Below, in pieces: positions 1 to 12,920 of a DNA stretch of 64,000 nucleotides. The stretch is from the human T2T-CHM13v2.0 reference genome, Homo sapiens. The stretch lies in the NCBI RefSeq assembly GCF_009914755.1, contig NC_060935.1. One strand, written 5' to 3'. A program made the translations under genes and the position numbers. The stretch's first letter is position 1; the number at the start of each line of letters is the position of its first letter. The notes under the pieces were generated by a model that saw nothing but the letters and a program-made list of their open reading frames with translations, was not told the origin of the DNA and did not search any database.

Positions 1-1341
1 TGTATGAGAACCTCACATCCACTATAATTCTAAATTTATTTTATTAGATTATAAGAACTAGTTAGAAACTTATTAAAACATTTTTAAAATGAAAATCAAT
101 CTCTATAAGGAAATCAAAACTGTAATTATTTATAAACACTTTGAATTTTTTATGAAGACTTATTAACTAGGTTGTAATGGCTACTTAAAAATGACCGGTA
201 ACATTTTTTAGAAAGTTTTAAAAACTGAACTTAAAATATAAGAAATAATAAGATTTTTAAGTATATTTTATTTCTGAGTCAACTGTTGACTTTAAAAAGG
301 GCCGACAACCGTGCAGTGCAGCTTTCTGTAAGAACCTCAGTGAACACACATGAGAAAATGTAGCTTAAAAAAAGGTTCACTTTTTAAAGGACATTACTGA
401 TGTCCTAAAATATACTAGGTATATATTGTTGCTTGGGTGTTTGAAGTTGTTTGGATGAAATAAACTTGGGTTCAGTCACAGAATACAAGATTGTCTACTG
501 ATTTCAGATGATAATGTGTCTGGAGAAGATGAGCCTTCTCAAAGGCAATTGCAGAAAGACAAGATAATTTTGAGGGCAACATTTTTTTTTTCTAGGATGG
601 ACGAAAACGGAAAAAAAGTAGTAACAATGAAAAAGATGTTTATAACATTTAAAAAACCCTCAAAACTGACTATAAAGGAAAACCATTTTAACAAAAGCTA
701 AAACTACATGCATTTCAAACTTATGCAGTGTATTTAAGTCACACTGGCCCCTTAGATGTCCCTACAAGCGCTGCAGACGTCGGGGAGGCCTGTGGAGTGA
801 CCGGTCCTCACCTCCTCCGGCTCTCAGTGCCCCATCTGCCAGCTGTCACAGTGCTGGTACACTCTAACAAGACCTCCCCGGGGCTCAGGGATAAACAGAG
901 AGAAACACAGTAATACTATGATACTAGAAATACTGGCTTTTAAAGTATGGTACTGTTTATTATCTTACGACAGGAAGTCCTGTCGTATCTGAGATATGGC
1001 TCTGAAAGAATTCTTGGTCTAGGTATTTCCCATCTCTAGAGGGCGGTGATATATTTGAAGCAATCACTTAATTACAAGAGCTCTCTCCTCCTGTACCCTG
1101 CCACATTTATTGTCAATAACTCAGAATTTCCTAAGTGATAAGGGATGGCTCTCTGTGTCTTCTGACCCCTCAGAGAGCTCACAGTGGTGTCTTTGGATGC
1201 CTGCATCCTGTCCTGCCTCCTCCCCGCCTTACCGTGGGGCTCACACAGTCAATGGCCATAGAAGAGCCACTGCAGTCCCACCTGGATTCATAGCACCAGG
1301 AAAGGAGCAGGCCTCTTTCAGCCAGCCAAAGAAACACTTAC

Positions 1342-1764
1342 CCCTTATTAGGGAAGCTGCACAACAGACTAAAACCGGATCCAGGAAACAGTGGACAGGG
1401 GACTCAGGTGGGTGTGGAGTGTGCGCCTCACTCCCCAGGAAAGCAGCGCTAGGGCCCTTTCCCTCAGAACTCTGTGGCGTGCATTGCTTCTGGCCAAGGA
1501 GGGGAAAGTTCTTTCTGGCTCTCCTCAAAGTCTTATTACAGACCTTCCTGGAATTGCTTATACATCTTCTTGGCCCCTTTCAGCTTCACTCTGGTGATAC
1601 CAGTAGGTCACTGACCCAGAACATGGCCCCTGAACTCTGGTCTTGAGGTGGTGGTGGTGGCGATGGGCTTTTTGGGGTCAACTGACTTTTACTTCCTTCC
1701 AGGCAAGGTCACTGAACATGTGAAAATATGCTGGCTTTCCACCTAGTGAGGAGCTACATTATCT
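1342..1764 (-). pseudogene. Possible second decayed exon downstream of the PYD exon (weak TRIM B-box/coiled-coil-like remnants)
   Basis: Minus-strand acceptor (ctgctctcactcAG) ending at 1765 and G|GTAAGT donor at 1341-1336; 423 bp. Frames contain stops. Fragments 'GAMFWVSD' and 'RVKLKGAKKMYKQFQEGL' loosely resemble a TRIM B-box/coiled-coil start. Confidence 0.2.
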
Positions 1765-1829
1765 CTGAGTGAGAGCAGGACATTTCACCTTTGAAATGGC
1801 AAGTGGAAAGAACAGGTGGAGGTAATCAA

Positions 1830-1831
<2 letters not shown>

Positions 1832-1878
<47 letters not shown>
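1832..1878. repeat. (CA)n microsatellite
   Basis: About 23 uninterrupted CA units. Confidence 0.97.
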
Positions 1879-1880
<2 letters not shown>

Positions 1881-2063
1881 CTAATGAGGAACAGGAGGAA
1901 AAGGGATGGTGGGCAAACAGTGGAGGGAAGTGAAGGGGTGGGTGATGAGGAGGTGAAAGGAAAAAAAGGATCTAAAGGGAAAACTAGAACTGAAAGAAGG
2001 CAGGATGCAAAGGGAGAACAGCAGAGGGTGGTTGCCGCAAACACAAATCCTTCCCACACTTAC

Positions 2064-2312
2064 CACACACACAGGCCTTTCTCTGCATTTGCTTCCCCAA
2101 GCTCTTCATGGTCATCTTCTTCCTGTGGCTGAGGGCCTTGTCCCAGGTCTTCATCACCTCGCCCCAGGGTATCTGGGAGGACCTCTCCATGGATGGGTCC
2201 TTCAGGAGGAACCTGAGTTTCTTCTCTATGTCAGCTCCTCCAGATTCTGTAGCAGTGGCTCACACAGGTGCTTTGGCCATGCCTTTCCAAGGTTGGCCAT
2301 AGGCACTAGAGT
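2064..2312 (-). pseudogene. Decayed pyrin-domain (PYD) exon, NLRP10/pyrin-like
   Basis: Acceptor ttctgctgtttcttctgttccctctAG ending at 2313; G|GTAAGT donor at 2063-2058; ATG at 2280. With two frameshifts it reads MAKAP/CEPLLQNLEELT*/EKKLRFLLKDPSMERSSQIPWGEVMKT, matching the PYD pattern LL..LEEL....KK[LF][KR]F.L.D and QIPW.EV. Exon ends in phase 1. Confidence 0.6.
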
Positions 2313-2419
2313 CTAGAGGGAACAGAAGAAACAGCAGAATGATTTAGTAGAGAAGTCACCCTCTCTCTAGTCAGAGAAAGGGCTTCTGGAATCAGCTGTG
2401 TGACTTCCTTCTCTCCATG

Positions 2420-3060
2420 CCCTCTGCCATTTTCCTGACCCCACCTGGGTTACCAAACAGGCTCCTGACTGGTCTCCCCAATCCCCATTCTTGCCCTCGT
2501 AACGAATTCTTTATATTGTGGCTATACTAAGCTTTCTAAAATGCACATCTAGTTATTTCATTTCACTTCTTAAAATCCTCAGCACCTCAGGATAAAATCA
2601 CAATTTCTCAGCAAAATTTACTAGGCTCTGATAGCTTCACCTCAGGTGACCCATCCAACCTCAGTGCCATTACTTCCCTTCAATGTTTCACCTTCCCTTA
2701 AGCACCTAAGAATAGGCCCTTCTTTCTCTTCCTGTCTGAAATTTCCATAAGCTGTTCTTCCATTTCTCTGAAAGTCTTTCTCCTTCATTTAGTAAACCCC
2801 TATTCACACTTCAGCCCCCAGGTTAGGGTTAGACATTACCTCCTCCAGAAAGCCTTTTCTGATCCCCAGAGATTAGGATGGTTGCTCCTTGTAAGTTCTG
2901 CCATCCCAAGATGACCCCATGTTAGTATTTACCACTGTGTTGATTAGATTGTGAACAGCTTGAGGGGACAGAATGTCTTATACCTAAGTAGGCCCAACAT
3001 TGAGAATACTATGGAGTACACATAAGGTGCTCAAAAAATGTTGCGTGAACGAACCATTAA
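2420..3060. mobile_element. Ancient L2 fragment
   Basis: Degenerate L2 3'-type sequence, e.g. 'cattacctcctccagaaagccttttctgat' and 'aggtgctcaaaaaatgttgcgtgaacgaa'. Confidence 0.55.
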
Positions 3061-3300
3061 TCGACAAGTGACTCGTGGTGTCTCCATCCCACTGCTTCCT
3101 CTCTCTCACCACCATCTTCACTGATAATGTCATGTCCTTCAACAATGATCAACATTGATAATGTCGTGTCCTTCCTCCCACCCCACGGGTGCTTCTCACT
3201 TAGCAGCATCTTCATCATTCATATTGTTCATCTCTTCCTTTCTGAGGTGATTCTCTCATCAAGCCCTCTATTCAAATGGTAGCCAACATTGTACCAATGA

Positions 3301-3716
<416 letters not shown>

Positions 3717-5287
3717 AGGCTCAGGACTTTTAAATCAGACAGATTGGGTTCTGAGTGGTAATGACCTTAGGCAATATCTTCATTTCTTAGTCCGTTAGTG
3801 GGTAATTCCACGTATTTCCTGGTGTTGCTCCTAAAGGAGACAAAATACCTGAAGTCTTATTACACATACTAGCTAAGAGTGCCAACTCAGTAAACTAATT
3901 ATTACTTTATTCTTGGCTACTGAATAAAGTGTTCCTGTTTTTCAAGATCACCCGCTACTCCCCTTCAAACCGTTTCATCCCATCTAGGGCCTTGCTACAT
4001 AAAATATCCTTCATAATTTATATCATCTAAGTCTCCTCAAGATGAAAAACACACTAAATACGTCCTGTCTTCAAAACAACCAGCACAACATTCTACATGT
4101 GTCAGGCCCTGCCTCAAGTCCAAATCTCATCTACCCTCCCCCGACAAGCCTATTTTCTGAAGGAGCATTATCTCTACTTGTTCTGTAGCCCAGGGCTATC
4201 TCACTTATATCTGAGCACTAGAAAGAAACTGTTCTGGTAAACAAAACTCCTAATTCTTCACATGCTGGAACTCTCTACTGAATTCAAGTTTTGATCAATC
4301 TCTGCTTCTTGAAGAAAACTTTTTGGATCCTTTGCTTCAGTGAAACCAACATTTGAGTTCTCTTGTTTATGGGAGAGTCCCTCTTCATTACTTACCCTAA
4401 ATTTAGAGTCTATTAGGCAAATATTCTGACTTTTAATTCTCTTTCTACATGTTCTCCTGCTGACTCAAATCTGATTTTGAAATGAGGTGGGTTATAAACA
4501 TATAAGGAGTAGATGCAAGCTTTTTCTCCCACTCATCTGATGGCTTCATCGTGCACCTGTAGGTACCGATGCCACTGAAATCTAAATTTCTATCCAAGGC
4601 TTCTTCTCCAAGCCTCAGAGTTGAATATATAAACAGCATTAGGAAACTTTTCTTTTGTATATCTCAAGTTGAATTTGGCAAAAGTAGAACTTCCTACTTT
4701 GCCTCAATTATCTATTTTGGTTAGTTGCAAGACTTAAGGTGCAATCACCCTATTTAGAAACCAGGGAATCATCATGGACCTGGACCTTCCTTCATCCAAT
4801 TGATCATGAAGTTTTAACAAGATTATTTCCTAAATGTTTCTGAGACCTATTCTCTTTTCCATCACTAGGTCATGGTAGACTCTAACTTCTAGTTCAAGTC
4901 CAAGGAACCCCTCTCATCACTCCATTTGCAGAGGAAAAACAATTCAAATATGAGCTGTCCAAGGATGCACAGCAATCGGCTTGTAGTTATAGGGGTAGGG
5001 CTTATTGAAAGAGGCTAAGCAAAAATACACTGAGAATAAATGCTGTTTTTTTTTTCCTTTGTCCACTTTTGTATGGGGTAATCATTTCTTTCTTTTTAGA
5101 ATGGTAAGCTCTAGAGGATAAATATTTGGATGAAGGCCATAGGAAGAGGGGCCACAGAGGCCTGTTTAATAGAGACTTCAGGTCTGAGATACAAATGAGT
5201 CCTCCCAGCTCACAGTTGGTAGCTCAGTTCATGACATTATCTAGAGTTTGCACCAACATTCAGCTAGTATTAAAAACTTTGCTCACA

Positions 5288-5555
5288 ACTATTGCAAGGA
5301 CAGAAAACCAAACACCACATGTTCTCACTCATAGGTGGGAATTGAACAATGAGAACACTTAGACACAGGGTGGGGAACATCACACACCGGGGCCTGTCTT
5401 GGGGTGGGGAGATGGGGGAGGGATAGCATTAGGAGAAATACCCAGTGTAAATGATGAGTTAATGGGTGCAGCAAACAAACACGGCACAGGTATACATATG
5501 TAACAAACCTGCACGTTGTGCGCATGTGCCCTGGAACTTAATGTAAGAAAAAAAA
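5288..5555 (+). mobile_element. L1PA 3'-end fragment (mirror at ~38908-39175, - strand)
   Basis: L1 3' UTR 'gttctcactcataggtgggaattgaacaatgagaacac...aaacctgcacgttgtg' followed by an A-tail. Confidence 0.9.
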
Positions 5556-6344
5556 ATAATTCTGCTCAGGAGGAACATCTCTGTGTATCTTCTTGCTGAG
5601 CCTGTGGTGGTAATAGGTAACAGGCAGCTACTTGAGCTCCTGGAGTTCTTAGATGCGGGCATCTCTTTTTCAGAAGATGCAACCAATATTTTCTAACAGG
5701 ACCTGGAGAATCATTTTATTTTAAAATCCCTCATAGTTCCAATGTTTAGATCACCTGTGGTTCTGTCGCTATTTTTTTCCACATTTTTTTTTAGTTATTT
5801 GGTAGTTTCTTGGCATGCTTGGTGTGTGAGTGTGAATGGATAGTGATTTTATATGAAAAAATTAGAGACTGTTCTCTGAAACTGTTACGTTTCTCTAGAA
5901 AGAATTCAGGCAGATAAGTGTACTGGCAGATCTTGATCCATCTAAGAGGACGCTTAACTTTTGCTAGTGCTAGCGTTGATCTTTTTCTGGGTTGTCCTTA
6001 CTCCTAGAGTACAGCCCTTCTAGTGTTTCAAAGCTTCCTAGTGTTTCAGTGTTTATTTACAAGGGTTGCTCTACCTCCTCAGGCCCTGACCTCCAGCCTC
6101 TGACTCCCCAGCACCATCAGACTGCTAGTCTTTGCATAACTGTTTAGCTTCACAGCTGCTGCTTTCAATTCAGGTGCTGAGAATCTTGCCCTGAACATGC
6201 ACAGTTTAGGAATTGGCAAACTCCTCAAGGGGAATCGGGACGCTGAACTTTGGCCCAGTTTTCTCTAAGGCTGCCTCTTCTATCTCAGGTCTCAGACTCC
6301 ATGGTATCCCTGAACTGCAACTTCTTTATTCCTAGCCTGCTGGG

Positions 6345-6791
6345 TTTCACTCGCGTCCGTGTGAAGAGACCACCAAACAGGCTTTGCGTGAGCAGCAAGG
6401 CTGTTTATTTCACCTGGGTGCAGGCGGGCTGAGTCCGAAAGAGAGTCAGCGAAGGGAGATAGGGGTGGGGCTGTTTTGTAAGATTTGGGTAGGTAAAGGA
6501 AAAAGGGGGTTGTTCTCTGGTGGGCAGGAGTGGGGGGTCACAAGACGCTCAGTGGGGGAGTTTTTGAGCCAGGATGAAGCAGGAGAAGGAATTTCACAAA
6601 GTAATGTCATCAGTTAAGGTGAGGACCAGCCATTTTCACTTCTGTTATGGTGGAATGTCATCAGTTAAGGCAGGAACAGGCCATTTAAATATCACTTCTT
6701 TTGTGATTCTTCAGTTGCTTCAGGCCATCTGGATGTATACATGCAGGTCACAGGGGATATGATGGCTTAGCCTGGGCTCGGAGGCCTGACA
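6345..6791 (-). repeat. HERV-H 3' LTR (LTR7 family)
   Basis: Minus strand begins TGTCAGGCC at 6791 and ends GGACGCGAGTGAAA at 6345; preceded by the polypurine tract. Confidence 0.95.
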
Positions 6792-9700
6792 TTCCTGTCT
6801 TCTTATATTAATAAGAAAAATAAAACATAATAGTGTTGAAGTGTTTGAGCAGTGAAAATTTTGGGGGGTGGTATGGAGAGATAATGGGCGATGTTTCTCA
6901 GGGCTGCTTTGATTAGGGGCAGCGTGGGAACCTCGAGTGGGAGAGATGAAGCTGAAGGAAGATTTTGTGGTAAGGGGTGATATTGTGGGGTTGTTAGAAG
7001 AAACATTTGTCGTATAGAATTATTGGTGATGGCCTGGATATGGCTTTGTATGAATTGAAAAAAGAGCAGAATAAGACAAGGAGAACAACAGGTATTAAAG
7101 GACTAAGAATTGGGAGGACCCAGGACATTTAACTAGAGAGTGCCTAAGGAGGTTCAGCATAGCCCTGCCAGCAAAGATTATTTACTTTAGGAGGGAGTTA
7201 AGAGTGGCAGTTTGGGGATAGCACCATGAGATATCAGCTGTGATGGCTTGGAGAGACAGTGTAAACCGGCAGTGTAAACAAGAGCAGGGCATTTATGAGT
7301 AGTTGAGAATGGTGAATAGGAGTATGACTAGACAGAAGATAGTAGGGATGACAAGTTTTTTTTTTTTTTTTTTTCGGAGGGGGTCGCAGTCCAAGTTGGT
7401 CTGGTGTCTGGAATGAGACTGGGGCCTAATAAAAAGGAGCGTCTATAGAGGAGTTCAAATGGGCTGTACCCTGTAGCATTCCGAGGACAGGCCTGAATTC
7501 TGAGAAGGGCAAGTGGTAAAAGTATTGCCCATTCCTTTTTAAGTTGGTGACTGAGCTTGGTGAGGTGAGTTTTTAAAAGACCATTAGTTCACTGAATACT
7601 AAGAGCCTGAGAAACTGCTTGGGTGATTTGACTAACAAAGGCCGGTCCGTTATCGGACTGTATAGAGGTGGGAAGCCCAAACTGAGGAATTATGTCTGAC
7701 AGAAGGGAAGAAATGACTGTGGTGGCCTTCTTAGACCCTGTGAGAAAGGCCTCTACCTATCCAGTGAAAGTATCTACCTAGACCAAGAGGTATTTGAGTT
7801 TCCTGACTCGGGGCATGTTGAGTAAAGCCAATTTGCCAGTCCTGGGCGGGGGCAAATCCCCGAGCTTGATGTGTAGGGAAGGGAGGGGGCCTGAATGATC
7901 CCTGAGGAGTAGTAGAATAGCAGATGGAACCCTGAGAAGTGATTTCCTTGATGATAGATTTCCACGATGGAAAGGAAATGAGAGGTTCTAAGAGGCGGGC
8001 TGGTGGCTTGTTGTATAGCATAGCTTGCCTTTGCTGGTGTGTGGCGATTAGGCCTGGTGGAACTGCCATCAATAAATCAAGCGTGATCAGGGTGAGGAAC
8101 AGGAAAGAAGGAAATATGGGGAAATGGGGTGAATGTCAGGTGGATCAGAGAGATACAGTCATGAAGGTCAGGTGTGGTATCCGGAATAATGCGGGAGGCC
8201 GGATTGAAGTCTGGGCCGGGAACAACGGTAATTGTGGGAGACTCAACAAAGAGTGAGTATAGCTGAAGGAGCCGGGAAGCAGAAAGTATATGCATCAGGT
8301 GTGAGGAAGAAAATAGGTTTTGGAAGTTTTAAGAACTATAGAGAGTGAGTTGAGCATAGTTTGTGATTTTGAGGGCCTCTAAAATTATTAAAGCAGTGGC
8401 AGCCACTGCACGCAGACATGAGGGCTAGGCAAAACAGTAAGGTCAAGTTGTTTGGACAGAAAGGCTACAGGGTGCGGTCCTGGCTCTTGTGTAAGAATTC
8501 TGACTGCACTAACCATGCCCAGGAAGGAAAGGAGTTGTTGTTTTGTAGAAGGGATTGAGGTTTGGGAGATTAGTTGGACATGATCAGCAGGGAGAGCACG
8601 TGTGTTTTTATGAGAATTATGCCGAGATAGGTAACAGATGAGGATGAAATTTGGGCTTGACTGAAGCAATGGGAGCTGTCTGTGAAGGCTTGTGGCAGTA
8701 CAGCCCAGGTAATTTGCTGAGCCTGATTGGTGTCAGGGTCAGTCTAAGTGATGAAGGGTGCAAGGGGATAGTAAAGAAAGCATGTTTGAGATCAGACAGA
8801 ATAATGGGTTGTGGAGGGAGGTATTGAGGATAGGAGAGTATATGGGTTTGGCACCACGGGGTGGAGAGGCAAAACAATTTGGTTGATAAGGCACAGATCC
8901 TGAACTAACCTGTAAGAAAGACTTGTCTGGTTCTAGGACAGGTGAAATGGGGGAACTTTAAGGGGAGTTTATAGGCTTTAAAAGTCCATGCTGTAGCAGG
9001 TGAGTGATAACAGGCTTTAATCCTTTTAAAGCGTGCTGTGGGATAGAATATTGGCATTGAGGGGGGTAAGGGTGATTAGGTTTTAATAGGATGGTAATGG
9101 TCATGTGATCGGTTGCCAGGAGGGGAGTAGAGATGTCTTATACTTGTGGGTTAAGGTGGGGGGATACGAGAGGAAGATGCAAAGGAGGCTTTGGGTTGGG
9201 AAGAAGGGCGGCAATGAGATGTAGCCCAGGAATAGACAGGGAAGCAGATAATTTAATTAAAATGTCTCGGCCTAATAAGGGAGCTGGGCAGGTGGGGATA
9301 GTGAAAAAGGAGTGCTTAAAAGACTATTGTCTAAGTTGGCACCAGAGTTGGGGAGTTTTAAGAGGTTTAGAGGCCTGGCAGTCAATACCTGCAACAGTTA
9401 TGGAGGCAAGGGAGACAGGCTCTTGAAAAGAAGGTAATGTGGAGTGGGTAGCCTCCTTATTGATTAAGAAGGGGATGGACTTACCTTCCATTGTGAGAGT
9501 TACCCAGAGCATCTGTGATGGTCCTGTAGGCTTCCGAGGTGATCGGGCAATGTCAGTCTTCAGCTGCTAAGCCGAGAAGATCTGGGAAGGAGTCAGAGAG
9601 TCTTGGGCCAGAGTTCCAGGGGTTCTGGAAGTGGCTGCCAGGTGAGTTGAACAGTCTGGTTTTCAGTGGGGTCTCGCACAGATGGGACACGGCTTAGGAG

Positions 9701-11167
9701 GAATCCTGGGCTGTGGGCATTCCTCGGCCTAGTGGCCAGATTTCCAGCACTTGTAGCAAGCTCCTGGGGGAGGAGGTTCTGGAGGAACCCCTGGCAGCAG
9801 CAGTTCAGGCCATTTGGAGTTCTTGTGTGCTGGAGATGTGGCTGGGGTTTCTCTCACAGTGGAGGCAAGGAATTGCACTCAGAAATATGTTGCTACTTGG
9901 CTGCCTCTACTCTATTATTGTACACCTGGAAGGCGAGGTTAATTAGATCCTGTTGTGGGGTTTGAGGGCCGGAATTTAATTTTTGAAGTTTTTTCCTAAT
10001 GTTGGGAGTGGACTGGGTGATAAAATGCATATTAAGAATAAGGCAGCCCTCTGGCCCTTCTGGGTCTAGGGCAGTAAAGCGTCTAAGGGTCACTGCTAAG
10101 CGGGCCATGTACTGGGCTGGGTTTTCATCTTTACCTTGGGTAGTTTCTTTCAGCTTGTCATAATTAACAGCTTTGTAAGCTGCCTTTTAAAGCCCTTCAA
10201 TTAGGCGGGAAATCATGTAATCTCGCCTAGCTATACCTGGGGAATCTGCCTGATAGTTCCATTGGGGATCCTCTCGAGGAACTGCTCTAATGCCTTCCTG
10301 GAGGTCTGGCTCATGAAGCTGGTGGTTATCAGCATGAGATTGGGCTAGAGAAAAAACTCATTCTCGTTCACCTGGGGAGAGGGTAGAAGTCAGGATGACA
10401 TTTAAGTCACTCCAGGTTAAATTGTAGGACAGAGTAAGATATTGGAATTCCTGTATGTATTTAGTGGGGTCTGATGAGAAAGAGCCTAAACGCTGACTGA
10501 TCTGAGAGAGGTCTGATAGAGAAAAAGGTACATGTACCCTGACTATGCCTTCAGCTGCAGCCACTTCTCTAAGAGGAAATTGTTGGGCAGGTGGGGAAGA
10601 GCTAGTCACGGAACTAAACTGTAAGCTGGACTGGGTGTGAAGAGGGGAGGTGATAGAAGGATTACAGGGTGGAGGAGTGGAGGCTGAGGAAGAATGGGGA
10701 CCTGGCTTGGCCTGGCGAGGAGCAGCCTGGGGAGGAGGGGAGAAGTCAGATGGGTCTGTAGAAAAGGAAGATTAGAAAGACTCAACTATGCTTGGGATTG
10801 GGACTGAGAGGACAGGAGGGAGGGAAAGAAGGAGGATTTGGGATGAGTCACACTGGGAACAGAGACTAGGGAGGGAACAATGTGTAAAAGAATGCCTGGA
10901 CGTCAGGCACCTCAGATCATTTGCCTATTTTACAGTAAGAATTATCTAGATCTTGTAGGATGGAAAAATCGAAAGTGCTGTTTTCTGGCTATTTGGAAAC
11001 ACTGTTGAGTTTGTACAGGGGTCAGGCGGCATTGTAGAATAAAATAAGGCATTTAGGTTTAGGTCAGGTGTGAGTTGAAGGGGCTTTAAGTTTTTGAGAA
11101 CACAGGCTAAGGGAGAAGAAGGAGGAATGGAGGGTGAAAGGCTGCCCATAGTGAAGGAGGCAAGCCC

Positions 11168-11460
11168 AGAGAAAAGAGAGAGTAGAGACATGGAGAGAAG
11201 GGGTGGGGGGTGCTTGCACCCAGGAAAGTGGAGAAGGGGTAGAGACACGGAGAGAAGGTGTTGGGGGGTTCTTGCCCCCCAGAAAAGCAGAGAAGGGGTA
11301 GAGACACAGAGAGAAGGGGTGGGGGGTTCTTGCCCTCCAGAAAAGCGGAGAAGGGGTAGAGACACGGAGAGAAGGGGTGGGGGCTTCTTGCCCTACAGAA
11401 AAGCGGAGAAAGGGTAGAGACACGGAAAGAAGGGGTGGGGGGTTCTTGCCCCCCAGAAAA
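11168..11460. repeat. ~59-bp tandem repeat (about 5 units) in the HERV-H leader/pre-gag region
   Basis: Repeated unit AGAAAAGCGGAGAAGGGGTAGAGACACGGAGAGAAGGGGTGGGGGGTTCTTGCCCCC. Confidence 0.9.
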
Positions 11461-11765
11461 GTGGTACTTGCCACTAAGGGTGAAAGACCAAGGCAGGCAT
11501 CCCTGTGTGGTCAGACACCTCTGAAACATGGATGAATAATCAGGTGTCCCCGTGTGATTAAACACCAAGGGAAGACTGTCTTCCCGAGTCCGTGACCGGT
11601 GCTGAAGTTTTGGGTCCACGGATAAAACTCGTCTCCTGTCTCTACGAGAAAAGTAAAGAAACTGAAATTAAGAGAAGGGAGAGATTGAAGTGTGGTGCCA
11701 AGATTGAAAGGAGCAAGAGGTTGAGGGATAGTGAGAGAGGTTGGAGAAGCGAATAAAAAGAGGCC

Positions 11766-11773
11766 ACTTACCT
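11766..11773 (-). promoter_or_regulatory. HERV-H leader splice donor
   Basis: Minus-strand AATCAG|GTAAGT about 150 nt downstream of the 5' LTR, where the HERV-H major donor is expected. Confidence 0.65.
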
Positions 11774-11897
11774 GATTGAAAATTGGTGTGATGTTCCTTG
11801 GGCTAGTTGGTCTGAGGACTTGAGGTCGTAGGTGGATCTTTCTCACAGAGCGAAGAGCAGGAGGATAGGGGATTGATCTCCCAAGGGAGGTCCCCTG

Positions 11898-11915
11898 ATC
11901 CGAGTCATGGCACCA
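11898..11915 (-). other. Primer-binding site complementary to tRNA-His
   Basis: TGGTGCCATGACTCGGAT on the minus strand, just after the 5' LTR. Confidence 0.92.
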
Positions 11916-11918
11916 AAA

Positions 11919-12366
11919 TTTCATTCACGTCCATGTGAAGAGACCACCAAACAGGCTTTGCGTGAGCAACAAGGCTGTTTATTTCACCTGGGTGCAGGCA
12001 GGCTGAGTCCGAAAAGAGTGTCAGCGAAGGGAGATAGGGGTGGGGCCGTTTTATAAGATTTGGGTAGGTAAAGGAAAAAGGGGGTTGTTCTCTGGTGGGC
12101 AGGAGTGGGGGCTCACAAGGTGCTCAATGGGGGAGTTTTTGAGCCAGGATGAGCCAGGAGAAGGAATTTCACAAAGTAATGTCATCAGTTAAGGCAAGGA
12201 CAGGCCATTTTGTTTTCTTTTGTGGTGGAATGTCCTCAGTTAAGGCAGGAACAGGCCATTTAAATATAACTTCTTTTGTGATTCTTCAGTTGCTTCAGGC
12301 CCTCTGGATGTATACATGCAGGTCACAGGGGATATGATGGCTTAGCTTGGGCTCAGAGGCCTGACA
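11919..12366 (-). promoter_or_regulatory. HERV-H 5' LTR (LTR7 family), promoter pointing leftward
   Basis: TGTCAGGCCTCTGAGCCCAAGC start at 12366; followed by the PBS. Confidence 0.95.
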
Positions 12367-12920
12367 CTGAGAATGCTACAAGCTCCCACTACCTTTCAAC
12401 TTGGTCTTTGTTGCACATGCCAGGACTAAGCAAATGCTCTGAGGGCAAAAGCAGAGGCAAATGTGGGGCTTGCATAGCTGCACTAGTGTACATTCTTTCC
12501 AGCAATCTTCCCTTCAAGTCCCACTTGGATTGTTTTTTTCTTTAACAACTTTGGTTGCTTTAAGTATTTTACCTAGCTTCTATGTTTACTATTGATTGGA
12601 AGGTTAGTACAAGCTCCTCCATTGTGCTCAGATGTTGGAGATGTAGCTTCTGCTTATCCACAAGTGTCCCAAAGCCCCAAGGGACTGGTTTAGGATTTAT
12701 CCTCTGTCACCTGGATGATCACACCAGACTTCTAACTGGTCTCTGCTTATAGGCTTACCCTTTCCAATCCATGCTAACTCAGGAAAATGATACATCTGTT
12801 GTATTTTTCCAAAATTTCTTATAGTATACATTTCTCAGATAATAAACTATGGCTTCTGGCTTCCCCTCTCTACCTACAGTGCTGCAGACTTGGTTCAAAA
12901 ATTAGGAACTGGCAAGCCAT

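Larger units (their letters stand above)
6345..12366 (-). mobile_element. HERV-H provirus (LTR7-family LTRs; decayed gag/pro/pol; env largely absent)
   Basis: LTRs at 11919-12366 and 6345-6791; tRNA-His PBS; PPT at 6792-6806. Gag capsid fragment 10358-10609 (FPLREVA..IVRVHVPFSLSDL), protease remnant 9324-9512, RT remnants 8388-8877, integrase remnants 7731-8072. TSD ctggg/ctgag. Confidence 0.96.

Noticed and set aside
1110-1646. 178-aa + strand ORF
   Set aside because: TTG start, no recognisable domain, and splice signals favour the opposite strand.
1984-2190. 'CVCGKCGK' looks like a C2H2 zinc-finger start
   Set aside because: It comes from reading through the G|GTAAGT splice donor, and the spaced His pair is missing.
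7731-10609. Coding-competent HERV-H gag/pol
   Set aside because: Only short fragments remain; the protease active-site motif is lost (LINKEA) and env is largely absent.
11168-11460. CRISPR-like repeat array
   Set aside because: Head-to-tail units with no unique spacers, inside an endogenous retrovirus in eukaryotic DNA.
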